58,466 bases of DNA from an uncultured Clostridia bacterium (lineage in GTDB: Bacteria > Bacillota > Clostridia > TANB77 > CAG-508): contig CANRLE010000002.1 in the NCBI GenBank assembly GCA_947631385.1, forward strand, positions 1 to 58,466, in the 5' to 3' direction. Position 1 is the stretch's first letter. Every line of letters starts with the position of its first letter. Position numbers and translations under genes: made by a program. The notes below the pieces were generated by a model. That model had not been told where the DNA came from. It ran no database searches and saw only the letters and a program-made list of their open reading frames with translations. Shown here in pieces: positions 1 to 9,664 of the stretch.

Positions 1-61
1 ATCGTCTTACCCGCAACGACATAGCCATTGCACTTGGACTTGACAACCTACCTTATATAGT

Positions 62-685
62 GTGTTTAACCTAACATGGACAGAATCAGCGGCAATAAAT
101 ATAGATTCAGACGATAAGGATGAATTCTTTAGCAAAATACTAGATTTTAATATTCGTTTTTTTGGAGCTATTATATTAGGAATTATAGCGTTTATGCCAT
201 TTGTATTTTCTATTATTATAAATGAGAAATTTCATGAAGCATATTTTCAAATACCAATTTTAATGATAGCAAGTATATTTAATATTTCTACAGGTTTTTT
301 AGGTTCAATTTATGTAGCAAAAAAAATAACAAAAGAAATTGCAAAAACTTCAATTTTATCAGCAATTATAAATTTAATTATAAATGTGGCACTAATTAAG
401 TTTATTGGACTTTATGCAGCGTCTATATCTACAGCTGTTTCTTATTTTGCAATGACAGTTTACAGGGCAATAGATGTTAGAAAATATATAAAATTAAAGA
501 TAGATAAAAAGGTATTTTTCTCTTATGTAGTAATGTTGGTAATAACAACAATATTCTACTATTTACAGATGAAAACAATGTCTTTAATAATAGCAATTTT
601 TGTAAGTATTTATGCAATTATTTTGAATAAACATAGTTTTAAATTTATTTTAGATTTAGTAAAAAGGAAAATAAGATGGAGTTAA
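62..685 (+). pseudogene. Wzx/MOP-family polysaccharide flippase, C-terminal half only (5'-truncated remnant)
   Basis: The 207-aa product is multi-TM and resembles the C-terminal half of Wzx-type flippases, which are normally >400 aa. The frame is closed by TGA at 41-43. Nt 1-60 differ in composition from the rest. Confidence 0.55.
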
Positions 686-1725
686 TTAGTATTATTATAC
701 CAGTATATAATGGTGAAAAATGGATAAAAAGGTGTATAGAATCTATTTTAAATCAAACATATCCTAATATTGAAATTATTATAATTAATGATGGCTCAAC
801 TGATAATAGCCTAGATATTTGCAAAAAATATGAAAAAGAAAATGTAACAATCATCGACAAAGAAAATAGTGGTGTTAGTGATTGTAGAAATATAGGAATA
901 CAAAATGCAAAAGGAAAATATTTATTTTTTATAGATATAGATGATTTTATAAAAGAAGAGACATTAGAAGAATTATATAAAATTGCAAAAAAATATGACG
1001 CAGATATTGTAAAATGCAATTACCAAGAGATAGAAGATTCAGGAGATGCAATAAAAGAAACTAGTTTTGAAAAGTTTAGAGAGTTTAACATAGAAAATAA
1101 ACAAGACAAAGATGAATTAGATAGCTTATTAATAAATACTTATAAATTTCATAATGTATGGGGACAATTAATTTTGACTTCACAAGCTAAAAAGTGCAAA
1201 TTTGATATTGACTTAGTAATGGGAGAAGATTTTATTTATAATTATGAAATGTTTAGTCAATGTAAGAAAATAGTTGTTGTACCACAATACTATTATTGTT
1301 ATTATTATAATTCTAATGGAATGGCATTCAACCAAAATATTAATAAGATAAAAAGAAAAATAGAAGATACAATTTATGTGTATAAAAAAATTTTGGAGAA
1401 TAATCAAAATTTAGAAAGAGATATTATTTTAAGTAATGCAATAAGAGAAATTACACGTCATATTGTTACAATTTCAACTAATAAAGAGATAACCTTAAAA
1501 GAAAAGAAAGAGTATTTGAAAAAAATAGTAAAAGATGAATTATTTAAAGAAGCAGGAAATACTATACAACTACATGATGTAGAATTGAAAAATAGTAGAC
1601 ACAAAATAGCAGCCAAATATTTGTTGAAAGGAGATTATAATAAGTTATATATATATTTGCAATATATATATAATCCAATTAAAAGGATAACAATTTGGGT
1701 GAGGGGTAAAAATGAAAAAATATGA
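676..1725 (+). CDS. GT2-family (GT-A fold) glycosyltransferase
   Basis: N-terminus IIIPVYNGEKWIKRCIESILNQTYPNIEIIIINDGSTDNS and a DIDD (DxD) motif. The start overlaps the upstream stop. Confidence 0.85.
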   Translation: MELISIIIPVYNGEKWIKRCIESILNQTYPNIEIIIINDGSTDNSLDICKKYEKENVTIIDKENSGVSDCRNIGIQNAKGKYLFFIDIDDFIKEETLEELYKIAKKYDADIVKCNYQEIEDSGDAIKETSFEKFREFNIENKQDKDELDSLLINTYKFHNVWGQLILTSQAKKCKFDIDLVMGEDFIYNYEMFSQCKKIVVVPQYYYCYYYNSNGMAFNQNINKIKRKIEDTIYVYKKILENNQNLERDIILSNAIREITRHIVTISTNKEITLKEKKEYLKKIVKDELFKEAGNTIQLHDVELKNSRHKIAAKYLLKGDYNKLYIYLQYIYNPIKRITIWVRGKNEKI

Positions 1726-2812
1726 TTATTTAATAGTAGGTTCAGGTTTGTTTGGTTCCATATTTGCTTATGAAGCAAATAAGAAAGGAAAAAAATGTCT
1801 AGTAATTGATAAACGTTCTCATATTGGAGGAAACATTTATACAAAAAATATAGATGGAATTCAAGTGCATCAATATGGGGCACATATATTTCATACAAGC
1901 AATAAAGAAGTATGGCAATATATAAATCAATTTGCGGAATTTAATAGATATACAAACTCTCCAATAGCACGTTACAAAGATGAATTATATAATATGCCAT
2001 TTAATATGAATACATTTAACAAATTATGGGGAGTTATAACTCCTATTGAAGCAAAAAATAAAATTGAGAAAGAGAAAAAAGAAGCGGGTATTACAAATCC
2101 TAAAAATTTGGAAGAGCAAGCAATAAGCTTAGTAGGAAAAACCATTTATGAGAAACTAATAAAAGGATATACGGAAAAGCAATGGGGGAAAAAAGCTACA
2201 GAATTACCAAGCTTTATAATAAAAAGACTTCCTGTTCGCTTTACATATGACAATAATTATTTTAATGATATATATCAAGGAATACCAATTGGAGGATATA
2301 CAAAGATTATTGAAAAAATGTTAGAAGGAATAGATGTAAAGTTAAATTGCAACTTTTTTGATAATAGAGAGGAATTAGAACAATTAGCAGAAAAAATAAT
2401 ATTTACAGGTCCAATTGATGAATTTTATAATTATGAATTTGGCGAGCTAGAATATAGAAGTTTAAGATTTGAAACAGACATTTTAAACGAAGAAAATTAT
2501 CAAGGAAATGCAGTTGTTAATTATACTGAATATGAAGTTCCATATACTAGAATAATAGAGCATAAACATTTTGAATATGGCACACAACCAAATACAGTTA
2601 TTACAAAAGAATATCCAGATAGTTGGGATCGTAGCAAAGAACCATATTATCCAATTAATGATGAAAGAAATAATAAATTATATGAAAAATATAAATTACT
2701 AGCAAGTAAAAACCCAAATATTATTTTTGATGGAAGATTAGGCGAATATAAGTATTATGATATGGATAAGGTAATATTAAAAGCATTAAATTGCGTAAGA
2801 AATGAGATGTAA
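1712..2812 (+). CDS. glf: UDP-galactopyranose mutase
   Basis: FAD-binding YDYLIVGSGLFGS, YGAHIFHT, EYRSL, IIEHKHF and YYPIN motifs typical of Glf. Length is 366 aa. Confidence 0.9.
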   Translation: MKKYDYLIVGSGLFGSIFAYEANKKGKKCLVIDKRSHIGGNIYTKNIDGIQVHQYGAHIFHTSNKEVWQYINQFAEFNRYTNSPIARYKDELYNMPFNMNTFNKLWGVITPIEAKNKIEKEKKEAGITNPKNLEEQAISLVGKTIYEKLIKGYTEKQWGKKATELPSFIIKRLPVRFTYDNNYFNDIYQGIPIGGYTKIIEKMLEGIDVKLNCNFFDNREELEQLAEKIIFTGPIDEFYNYEFGELEYRSLRFETDILNEENYQGNAVVNYTEYEVPYTRIIEHKHFEYGTQPNTVITKEYPDSWDRSKEPYYPINDERNNKLYEKYKLLASKNPNIIFDGRLGEYKYYDMDKVILKALNCVRNEM

Positions 2813-3032
2813 AAATTTACTTTAAAATTACAAAAAGTACTTGAAAAATATAGATAGATGTGTTAGAATAAAAAACATAATTTATCTATGTTTTTTATAT
2901 AGGTAAATTTTCTATCTAATTTGTTTTTTAATTCAATTTTTATTTTATATCGGTAACTATTTTAATTCTTTTGCTTTAAAAATATTATGATAGCTAGATA
3001 TAAATTAAATTTTATAACGAAAGGAGGATTAT

Positions 3033-3545
3033 ATGACTGTTGATGAATTATGGAAAAACTTAAAGCCTTTTATGGAAAAAGTTCTTGAAGAAATAAGCAT
3101 ACTAAAGAGTGATGTAAGCATACTAAAAAGCGATGTGAGCATACTAAAAGAGAAAGTAAGTGCATTAGAAGAAGATGTAAGCATATTAAAAAGTGATGTG
3201 AGCACACTAAAAGAGAAAGTAAGTGCATTAGAAGAAGATGTGAGCACATTAAAAAGTGATGTAAGCACATTAAAAAGTGATGTAAGCACACTAAAAAGCG
3301 ATGTAAGCACATTAAAAAGTGATGTGAGCACATTAAAAAGTGATGTGAGCATATTAAAGACTGATATGCATGCAGTAAAAGATGTTAATATGACAAAACT
3401 TATAACAATACAATTAGAAACAAGAAAAGACATAGAAAAACTCAGCAAAAAATTAAACGAAAGCATAGAAAAGAACGAGCTAGATCACAAAAAATTTGAA
3501 TATCAAATTGCAAATTTAGAATGGAAAACGAAAATAGTTAATTAA
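3033..3545 (+). CDS. Heptad-repeat coiled-coil protein of unknown function (no signal peptide or TM)
   Basis: Strong RBS (AAAGGAGG). Thirteen in-frame heptads of the (V/I)S(I/T/A)LK(S/E)(D/K) type, followed by a unique C-terminus. Confidence 0.7.
   Translation: MTVDELWKNLKPFMEKVLEEISILKSDVSILKSDVSILKEKVSALEEDVSILKSDVSTLKEKVSALEEDVSTLKSDVSTLKSDVSTLKSDVSTLKSDVSTLKSDVSILKTDMHAVKDVNMTKLITIQLETRKDIEKLSKKLNESIEKNELDHKKFEYQIANLEWKTKIVN
3093..3365. repeat. In-frame tandem repeat: 13 x 21 nt (heptads), with a 63-nt higher-order unit repeated twice
   Basis: Directly visible 21-nt units (agtgatgtaagcacattaaaa variants). They also generate the spurious antisense ORFs 3029-3466 and 3070-3333. Confidence 0.9.
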
Positions 3546-3601
3546 AAACTAAAATGTCTTATATAAACATAGATAAATTATAATTAAAATAGGAGAAAAA
3601 A

Positions 3602-4582
3602 ATGCAAAGAAAAAAAGGGTTAAAAATATTTGGAATAATAGTATTAATATTAATAATTATCTTGGCAATACTGATAGGAGCAATCTATTGGTACTTAAAC
3701 AGTAAAGCAGACAAAATGCAGAAGGTTGAACTTGATGAAGAAGAACTAGGAGTATCTGCAGAAGTAGAAGAAAAACTATCAGACTACAGAAATATAGCTA
3801 TATTTGGAATTGACTCAAGGCAAGACACCTATGATTTAGGCAACAGAAGTGACTGTATTATTATAGCAAGTATAAATAATAAGACTAAAGAAGTAAAGCT
3901 AGTGTCAGTTTATCGTGACACATATGTGCAAATTGAAGGACATGGATTAGATAAAATAACTCATGCCTACTCTTTTGGTTCTGCACCACTTGCTATAAAA
4001 ACAATAAATACAAATTTTGATTTAAATATAAAAGAATTTATAACAGTAAACTTTGATGCTGTGAAAGAAATTGTTGACAGCATTGGTGGAATTCCAATGG
4101 AAATCACAAGTGAAGAAGTTTCACACATTTCTGGAATTAATAGTGCAGGAAATTACAATCTGACAGGTGAACAAGCATTAGCATATGCAAGAATTAGATA
4201 TGCAACTGGAGGGGATTATAAAAGAACAGAAAGAATGAGAAATGTTTTAACAGCTGTAGCTACAAAAGCACAAAAATTCAACATTAGTCAATTAAATCAA
4301 TTAATAGATACTTTATTACCAAGAATATACACAAATTTATCAGCTAATGACATATTTAGTATGCTCCCAAGTACTACTGACTTAAAAATTACAGAAAGTA
4401 TTGGATGGCCATATGAAACAAAAGGCATTACTTTAGATAGATGGTATGGAGTACCAATTACTTTAGAAAGTAATGTAACTAGATTACATCAAGAAATATT
4501 TGCAGAACCTAATTATGCACCATCAGAAACAGTAAAAAATATTAGTAATCAAATTATTAACAAGACAGGATATGATAAATAA
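3602..4582 (+). CDS. LytR-CpsA-Psr (LCP) family glycopolymer-peptidoglycan ligase
   Basis: N-terminal TM, then IFGIDSR...RSDCIIIASIN...VSVYRDTYV...ITHAYSFG...LTGEQALAYARIRY...DYKRTERMRNVL, the classic LCP core. Confidence 0.9.
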   Translation: MQRKKGLKIFGIIVLILIIILAILIGAIYWYLNSKADKMQKVELDEEELGVSAEVEEKLSDYRNIAIFGIDSRQDTYDLGNRSDCIIIASINNKTKEVKLVSVYRDTYVQIEGHGLDKITHAYSFGSAPLAIKTINTNFDLNIKEFITVNFDAVKEIVDSIGGIPMEITSEEVSHISGINSAGNYNLTGEQALAYARIRYATGGDYKRTERMRNVLTAVATKAQKFNISQLNQLIDTLLPRIYTNLSANDIFSMLPSTTDLKITESIGWPYETKGITLDRWYGVPITLESNVTRLHQEIFAEPNYAPSETVKNISNQIINKTGYDK

Positions 4583-5065
4583 ATGAATATGGAAAAAATT
4601 AAGATTAATATTCTAAGAGTAATACTATTAATCTTACTCTTAGGAACATTTTTTGCTATATTTGGATTTTCTAGCCAAAATGGAGAAGAATCAGGAAGTT
4701 TAAGTAAAAATGTAGCAAAGTTCTTTTTAGAAAAAATAGTTTACCATGAAAAAGAAATTAATGAGCAAGTTTTAGAAACAACGACAAAAGTAATTCGTAA
4801 AGTAGCACATTTTTCTATATATACAGTAGTAGGATTTTTACTAATGTCTTTTGTCAGTACATATAATTTAAAAGAAAGAAAAAGAGTTTTAATGAGCTTG
4901 TGCATAGGTATTTTATATGCAACATCAGATGAAATTCATCAAGCCTTTGTACCAGGAAGAGGTCCGCAGGTAACTGATGTTATGATAGATTCAATGGGTG
5001 TAGTATTGGGAATATTAATAGTATTATTTATTTTAAAAATATTAAGAACTGCAATTAAAAAATAA
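4583..5065 (+). CDS. VanZ-family membrane protein
   Basis: KVAHFSIYTVVGFLL and TSDEIHQAFVPGRGPQVTDVMIDSMG motifs. Four predicted TM segments. Confidence 0.75.
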   Translation: MNMEKIKINILRVILLILLLGTFFAIFGFSSQNGEESGSLSKNVAKFFLEKIVYHEKEINEQVLETTTKVIRKVAHFSIYTVVGFLLMSFVSTYNLKERKRVLMSLCIGILYATSDEIHQAFVPGRGPQVTDVMIDSMGVVLGILIVLFILKILRTAIKK

Positions 5066-5185
5066 AGAATCTGTAGTTCTTTTTTCTATGTTAAAATTTG
5101 AGCAAAATAACATAAAAATATTTAATTTATGTTGCTTAATTCATAATAAAATCTCAAAAAAAGTTCGAAAAATATCGAAAAAATA

Positions 5186-5214
5186 TTGCAAAGTATTATT
5201 TGAAAGAGTATAAT
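5186..5214 (+). promoter_or_regulatory. Sigma-A-type promoter (TTGCAA-17 nt-TATAAT) upstream of the CapD-like gene
   Basis: Hexamers and the 17-nt spacer read directly. Sits in the 194-nt intergenic gap. Confidence 0.5.
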
Positions 5215-5259
5215 TAATTTACGTGTGATGTTGAAAAGAATACAAAAAGGGGAATTAAA

Positions 5260-7131
5260 GTGAAAAGGTCAAAAAAATTCAAGAATATTGAATTAAGAAT
5301 TATGGATATTATTATTGTTGCTGCATCATATTATATTGCAGAAGTGCTAATCAACAATTCATTTATTGTATCAGATATATTAAACCAAGCTATTATTCAT
5401 TCAATTATTTTAGCAGTTATCATTTATTCGTGGATGTTACATGTTTTTAATACTTATAGAAACATAACAAGATATGAAAATGGAAATGATTATTTAGTAT
5501 ATGTATTAGTATGTTTAATTTCTTATACAATAATAACAATGATATCAATAATATCACAAATTGAGTTTGTAAGTGCTAGAGCTAACATGATTGCAGCATT
5601 AATAATTGTAGTGACAATTATTGGATATCGTGTCCTTTTAAGAGCAATTCTAACAGAAAATTTTAAAACTACAAAAGAAAAAACAAACAATAAGAAAAAT
5701 GTTTTAATTGTTGGTGCTGGTAGTGCTTCTAGAATTGTAATAAATGCTTTAAACACAACAATGAAAGACACTTATCATGTTGTAGGTTTAGTAGATGACA
5801 ACATTAATAAAGTTAATTATATGATATCTGGAAATCAAATTTTAGGAACTAGATATGAAATACCAAAAATTTGCCAAGAAAATCAAGTAGAATTGATTTT
5901 ATTTACAATATCTAATATAAATAATAAAGAAAGAAAAGACATACTAAAAATTTGTCAAGAAACTGGCTGTAAAGTAAGAATTTTACCGGGAACAGCAGAA
6001 TTAATTAAAAATAAGAGCTTGATGGATAATTTTAGAGATGTAGAGATCGAAGATTTATTAGGTAGAGAACCAATTAAATTAGATAATAAGAATATTGGCA
6101 AGTTGATAGAGAATAAAGTAGTATTAGTAACAGGTGGAGGAGGCTCAATTGGCTCTGAACTATGTAGACAAATTGTAAAATACAATCCAAAAAAATTAGT
6201 CATGGTAGATATTTACGAAAATAATTTATATGATATTGAACAAGAACTAAGAGCAAATTATCCACAATTAGAAATTGATGCTATTGTAGCTAGTGTAAGA
6301 GACAAAGAAAGATTAAATGAAATATTTGAAAAATTCAAACCTTATCTAGTATTTCATGCAGCAGCACATAAACATGTGCCATTAATGGAAACTAGTCCAC
6401 TAGAAGCCATAAAAAATAATGTGTTTGGAACATATAATGTTGTAAATTGTGCAGATGAATACAATGTAAAAAGATGCATTTTGATTTCTACTGATAAAGC
6501 TGTAAATCCAACTAATATTATGGGAGCCACAAAACGTTTATGTGAAATGATTGTACAGGCGAAAGATAAAGTAAGTAAAACGGAATATGCAGCAGTACGA
6601 TTCGGAAATGTATTAGGTAGTAATGGGTCAGTAGTACCATTATTTAAAAAACAAATTGCAAGTGGAGGACCAGTAACTGTTACACACAAGGACATTACAA
6701 GATTTTTTATGACAATACCAGAAGCTGTATCACTTGTGCTACAAGCTATGTCTTATGCAAAGGGTGGCGAAATATTTGTACTTGACATGGGAGAACCAGT
6801 TAAAATATATGATATGGCGGTTAACTTGATTAAATTATCAGGACTAGAGCCAAATGTTGATATACAAATTAAAGTAACTGGATTAAGACCGGGAGAAAAA
6901 CTTTATGAGGAATTGCTAATGGAAGAAGAAGGATTAACTCAAACGGAGCATGATAAAATTCACATAGCAAAACCTATGGATATTGATATGGAAAGAGTAG
7001 AAAATAAATTAAAAGAATTAGAAGGTCTATTACAACATTGCAATAATGAGCAAAAAGAAGAAATAAAACGAGTAATGAAAGAAGTTGTACCAACTTATAG
7101 AGAACCAGAGCAAAATGGAAAGGAAGACTAA
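5260..7131 (+). CDS. Membrane-anchored CapD/WbpM/EpsC-type polysaccharide biosynthesis protein (nucleotide-sugar 4,6-dehydratase)
   Basis: N-terminal TM block. Two Rossmann motifs (VLIVGAGSAS; VLVTGGGGSIGSELCRQI), plus ISTDKAVNPTNIMGATKR and RFGNVLGSNGSV. GTG start with RBS. Confidence 0.85.
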   Translation: MKRSKKFKNIELRIMDIIIVAASYYIAEVLINNSFIVSDILNQAIIHSIILAVIIYSWMLHVFNTYRNITRYENGNDYLVYVLVCLISYTIITMISIISQIEFVSARANMIAALIIVVTIIGYRVLLRAILTENFKTTKEKTNNKKNVLIVGAGSASRIVINALNTTMKDTYHVVGLVDDNINKVNYMISGNQILGTRYEIPKICQENQVELILFTISNINNKERKDILKICQETGCKVRILPGTAELIKNKSLMDNFRDVEIEDLLGREPIKLDNKNIGKLIENKVVLVTGGGGSIGSELCRQIVKYNPKKLVMVDIYENNLYDIEQELRANYPQLEIDAIVASVRDKERLNEIFEKFKPYLVFHAAAHKHVPLMETSPLEAIKNNVFGTYNVVNCADEYNVKRCILISTDKAVNPTNIMGATKRLCEMIVQAKDKVSKTEYAAVRFGNVLGSNGSVVPLFKKQIASGGPVTVTHKDITRFFMTIPEAVSLVLQAMSYAKGGEIFVLDMGEPVKIYDMAVNLIKLSGLEPNVDIQIKVTGLRPGEKLYEELLMEEEGLTQTEHDKIHIAKPMDIDMERVENKLKELEGLLQHCNNEQKEEIKRVMKEVVPTYREPEQNGKED

Positions 7132-7136
7132 AACAG

Positions 7137-7766
7137 ATGAGTAAGAATATTTATCTAAAAATAAAAAGATTATTGGATATTATATTTTCTTTTTTAGGAA
7201 TTATTATTGTTTCTCCAATTTTTTTAATAGTAGCTATTGCAATAAAGATAGATTCAAAAGGTCCAATTATTTTTAAACAAAAGAGATTGGGAAAAAATGG
7301 CAAAGAGTTTGATATATATAAATTTAGATCTATGATTGTTGGAGCAGAAAAAATAGGGACAGGAGTATATTCAAAAAAAGATGATAATAGAGTAACAAGA
7401 GTAGGCAAATTTATACGTATGACTAGTATTGATGAATTACCACAATTAGTTAATATACTAAAAGGGGAAATGAGTTTTATTGGACCAAGACCTGTATTAA
7501 CTTATCATCCATGGAAATATGAAGATTATACAGAGGAACAATTAAAAAGATTTGAGGTAAGACCAGGAGTAACTGGTTGGGCACAAATACATGGAAGAAA
7601 ACAATTGGAATGGGATAAAAGAATTAAATATGATGTGGAATATGCTGAAAAAGTAAATTTTATTTTAGACATAAAGATATTTTTAATAACTATATATAAA
7701 GTTTTATTAATGAAAGATAATGTAAATACTATAGAAACGGTTAAAGAAGAACAGAAGTTAAATTAG
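7137..7766 (+). CDS. Undecaprenyl-phosphate sugar phosphotransferase (small bacterial sugar transferase, PglC/WbaP C-terminal type)
   Basis: KRLLDIIFS..., PIIFKQKRLGKNGKEFDIYKFRSM, DELPQLVNILKGEMSFIGPRP. Confidence 0.85.
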   Translation: MSKNIYLKIKRLLDIIFSFLGIIIVSPIFLIVAIAIKIDSKGPIIFKQKRLGKNGKEFDIYKFRSMIVGAEKIGTGVYSKKDDNRVTRVGKFIRMTSIDELPQLVNILKGEMSFIGPRPVLTYHPWKYEDYTEEQLKRFEVRPGVTGWAQIHGRKQLEWDKRIKYDVEYAEKVNFILDIKIFLITIYKVLLMKDNVNTIETVKEEQKLN

Positions 7767-7780
7767 AAAAGAGGACAAAG

Positions 7781-8602
7781 ATGTTAAAATTAATGTATAT
7801 AACAAATGAACCAGAAGTAGCCCAAATAGCTGATGAAGCTGGAGTGGATAGAGTTTGGATTGATCTAGAAGTAAATGGAAAAGAAGAAAGACAAAAAAAT
7901 TTAGATACTGTAAAATCAAAACATCAAATTTCAGATATAAGAAAAATAAGAGGAGTATTAAAAAATGCAGAATTAATAGTAAGGGTAAATCCAATGTTTG
8001 AAGAATCTGAAAAAGAAATAAATGAAGTTATTGAGTATGGGGCACAAATTGTAATGTTACCATTTTTTAAAACAGTACAGGAGGTAAAAGAATTCATAAA
8101 GATTGTAAATGGAAGAGCAAAAGTGTGCTTATTATGTGAGACACCAGAAGCTGTAGAATGCATAGATGAGATATTAAGGCAAAAAGGAATTGATGAAATT
8201 CATATAGGATTAAACGATCTACATTTAGGTTATAAAAAGAAATTTATGTTCGAATTATTAACAGATGGAACTGTAGAAATGTTATGCAATAAATTTAAAA
8301 AAGCAGGCATTAAATATGGATTTGGTGGTATTGCAAGAGCTGGAGAAGGAACTTTGAAATCTGAATATATTATAGCTGAACATTATAGATTAGGGTCTAC
8401 AATAGCAATTTTATCAAGAAGTTTTTGTAATACTAATATAATAAAGGATTCCAAAAAAATAAAAGAGTTATTTGAGACAGGAGTAAAAGATATTAGGAAT
8501 ATTGAAACAGAGGTACAAGCTTATACAAGTGAACAATATCAAACAAATAAAGAAAAGATAAAAGAACAGGTTAATATAATTATAAATTCTATAGAAGGAT
8601 AG
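7781..8602 (+). CDS. HpcH/HpaI aldolase / citrate-lyase-beta-like TIM-barrel protein
   Basis: The pattern VRVNP...GAQIVMLPFFKTVQEV...VCLLCETPEAVECIDEI...IDEIHIGLNDLHLG matches the HpcH/CitE family layout. Confidence 0.55.
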   Translation: MLKLMYITNEPEVAQIADEAGVDRVWIDLEVNGKEERQKNLDTVKSKHQISDIRKIRGVLKNAELIVRVNPMFEESEKEINEVIEYGAQIVMLPFFKTVQEVKEFIKIVNGRAKVCLLCETPEAVECIDEILRQKGIDEIHIGLNDLHLGYKKKFMFELLTDGTVEMLCNKFKKAGIKYGFGGIARAGEGTLKSEYIIAEHYRLGSTIAILSRSFCNTNIIKDSKKIKELFETGVKDIRNIETEVQAYTSEQYQTNKEKIKEQVNIIINSIEG

Positions 8603-8610
8603 AAGGAAAA

Positions 8611-9651
8611 ATGAAAAAATTTTATGAAGCAAAAAAAATATATGATATAATGATGTTAATTTTAGAAAAAATAGGTTTAAAAGAAGAAGATAGGAATATT
8701 ATAGCTTCATGTTATATAGAAGCTGATTTGGCAGGAGTGAAAACACATGGTGTAAATATTTTTCCAACACATGTAGAAAAGTTTGAAAATAAAGTATATA
8801 ATGTAAATCCAAACTTAAAAATAATTCGAGAAACAGATAATTTTAAGGTTTTAGATGGTGATGAAGCTATAGGACCAGTTAGTGCTTATAAAACAATGAA
8901 AATTGCTGTAGACAAAGCTAGGACAACAGGAGTTTTTACATGCTTTTTAAGAAATACGAATACAATAGGTCCAGCTTTTTTTTATAATAATATAGCTATA
9001 GAAGACGAAATGATAGGAATTACTTTATCTAATTCTCCAGCAGCTATGGCTCCAACAAATGGAAAACAAAAACTAATAGGAACAAATCCTTTAGCTATAT
9101 CAATACCAGCGGGACAAGAAAATCCAATAATTTATGATATTGCAACAAGCGAAGTTGCAAAGTCAAAGATAAAGCAAGCATTAATAGAAAATAAACAAAT
9201 TCCGATTGGTTGGGCTATTGATAAAGAGGGAAATCCTACGCAAGATCCTGAAAAAGCATTAAATGGATTAATTTTACCCATGGCAGGGTATAAAGGTTAT
9301 GGACTCGCAATGTGTATAGATATTTTAACAGGGCTTATCTCCGGAGGGGCTTATTTAGATAAAGTAGGGAAATTTTATGGTAATGATAAATGCATGAATA
9401 TTGGAGCTACTTTTATAGCAATTAATCCTAAATTAATATTTGGAGAAGACTTTTATAAAAATATAGATGAATATATAAAGACAATAAAACAAAGTGAAGT
9501 AATAGATAAAAATGTTCCTATATCTATTCCGGGAGAAAATAGAATGAAAAATAAAATAATAAATGAACAAAAAGGAATAGAACTAAATGTTGAAACAATA
9601 CAAAGATTAAAAGCATATATAAAATATTACAATATAAATGCTAAACTATAA
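8611..9651 (+). CDS. Ldh_2 family (malate/L-lactate/sulfolactate dehydrogenase type 2) oxidoreductase
   Basis: GVKTHGVNIFP, GTNPLAISIPAG, ATSEVAKSKI, GYKGYGLAMCIDILTG. Confidence 0.75.
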   Translation: MKKFYEAKKIYDIMMLILEKIGLKEEDRNIIASCYIEADLAGVKTHGVNIFPTHVEKFENKVYNVNPNLKIIRETDNFKVLDGDEAIGPVSAYKTMKIAVDKARTTGVFTCFLRNTNTIGPAFFYNNIAIEDEMIGITLSNSPAAMAPTNGKQKLIGTNPLAISIPAGQENPIIYDIATSEVAKSKIKQALIENKQIPIGWAIDKEGNPTQDPEKALNGLILPMAGYKGYGLAMCIDILTGLISGGAYLDKVGKFYGNDKCMNIGATFIAINPKLIFGEDFYKNIDEYIKTIKQSEVIDKNVPISIPGENRMKNKIINEQKGIELNVETIQRLKAYIKYYNINAKL

Positions 9652-9664
9652 AGAGGAGAAAAAT

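Noticed and set aside
1-60. 3' end of a group II intron (the ...cctaccttat end resembles a domain VI branch-site and 3' AY)
   Set aside because: I could not find the expected 3' strand of domain V (…GUACGGUUC-like) or a convincing domain VI helix in nt 1-56. It is retained only as an unexplained compositional break.
753-1898. Minus-strand ORFs overlapping the GT2/Glf genes (753-1019, 1213-1407, 1635-1898), and the many similar antisense ORFs elsewhere in the track
   Set aside because: All lie antisense to well-supported genes, lack RBSs and encode low-complexity Ile/Phe/Leu-rich products. Such ORFs are expected by chance opposite AT-rich coding sequence.
2868-2898. Hairpin aaaaaacata...tatgtttttt after glf as a terminator
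   Set aside because: The stem is almost entirely A-T with a single G-C pair, which is too weak to call with any confidence.
3093-3365. Possible CRISPR array (short regularly spaced repeats)
   Set aside because: The units are contiguous 21-mers with no spacers. They stay in frame within a CDS that has a good RBS, and no cas genes are present.
3029-3466. Minus-strand ORFs 3029-3466 and 3070-3333, with repetitive LTSLFNV / CLHHFLM products
   Set aside because: They are the mirror image of the in-frame 21-nt tandem repeat of the + strand gene. They have no RBS, and their periodicity simply reflects the sense-strand heptads.
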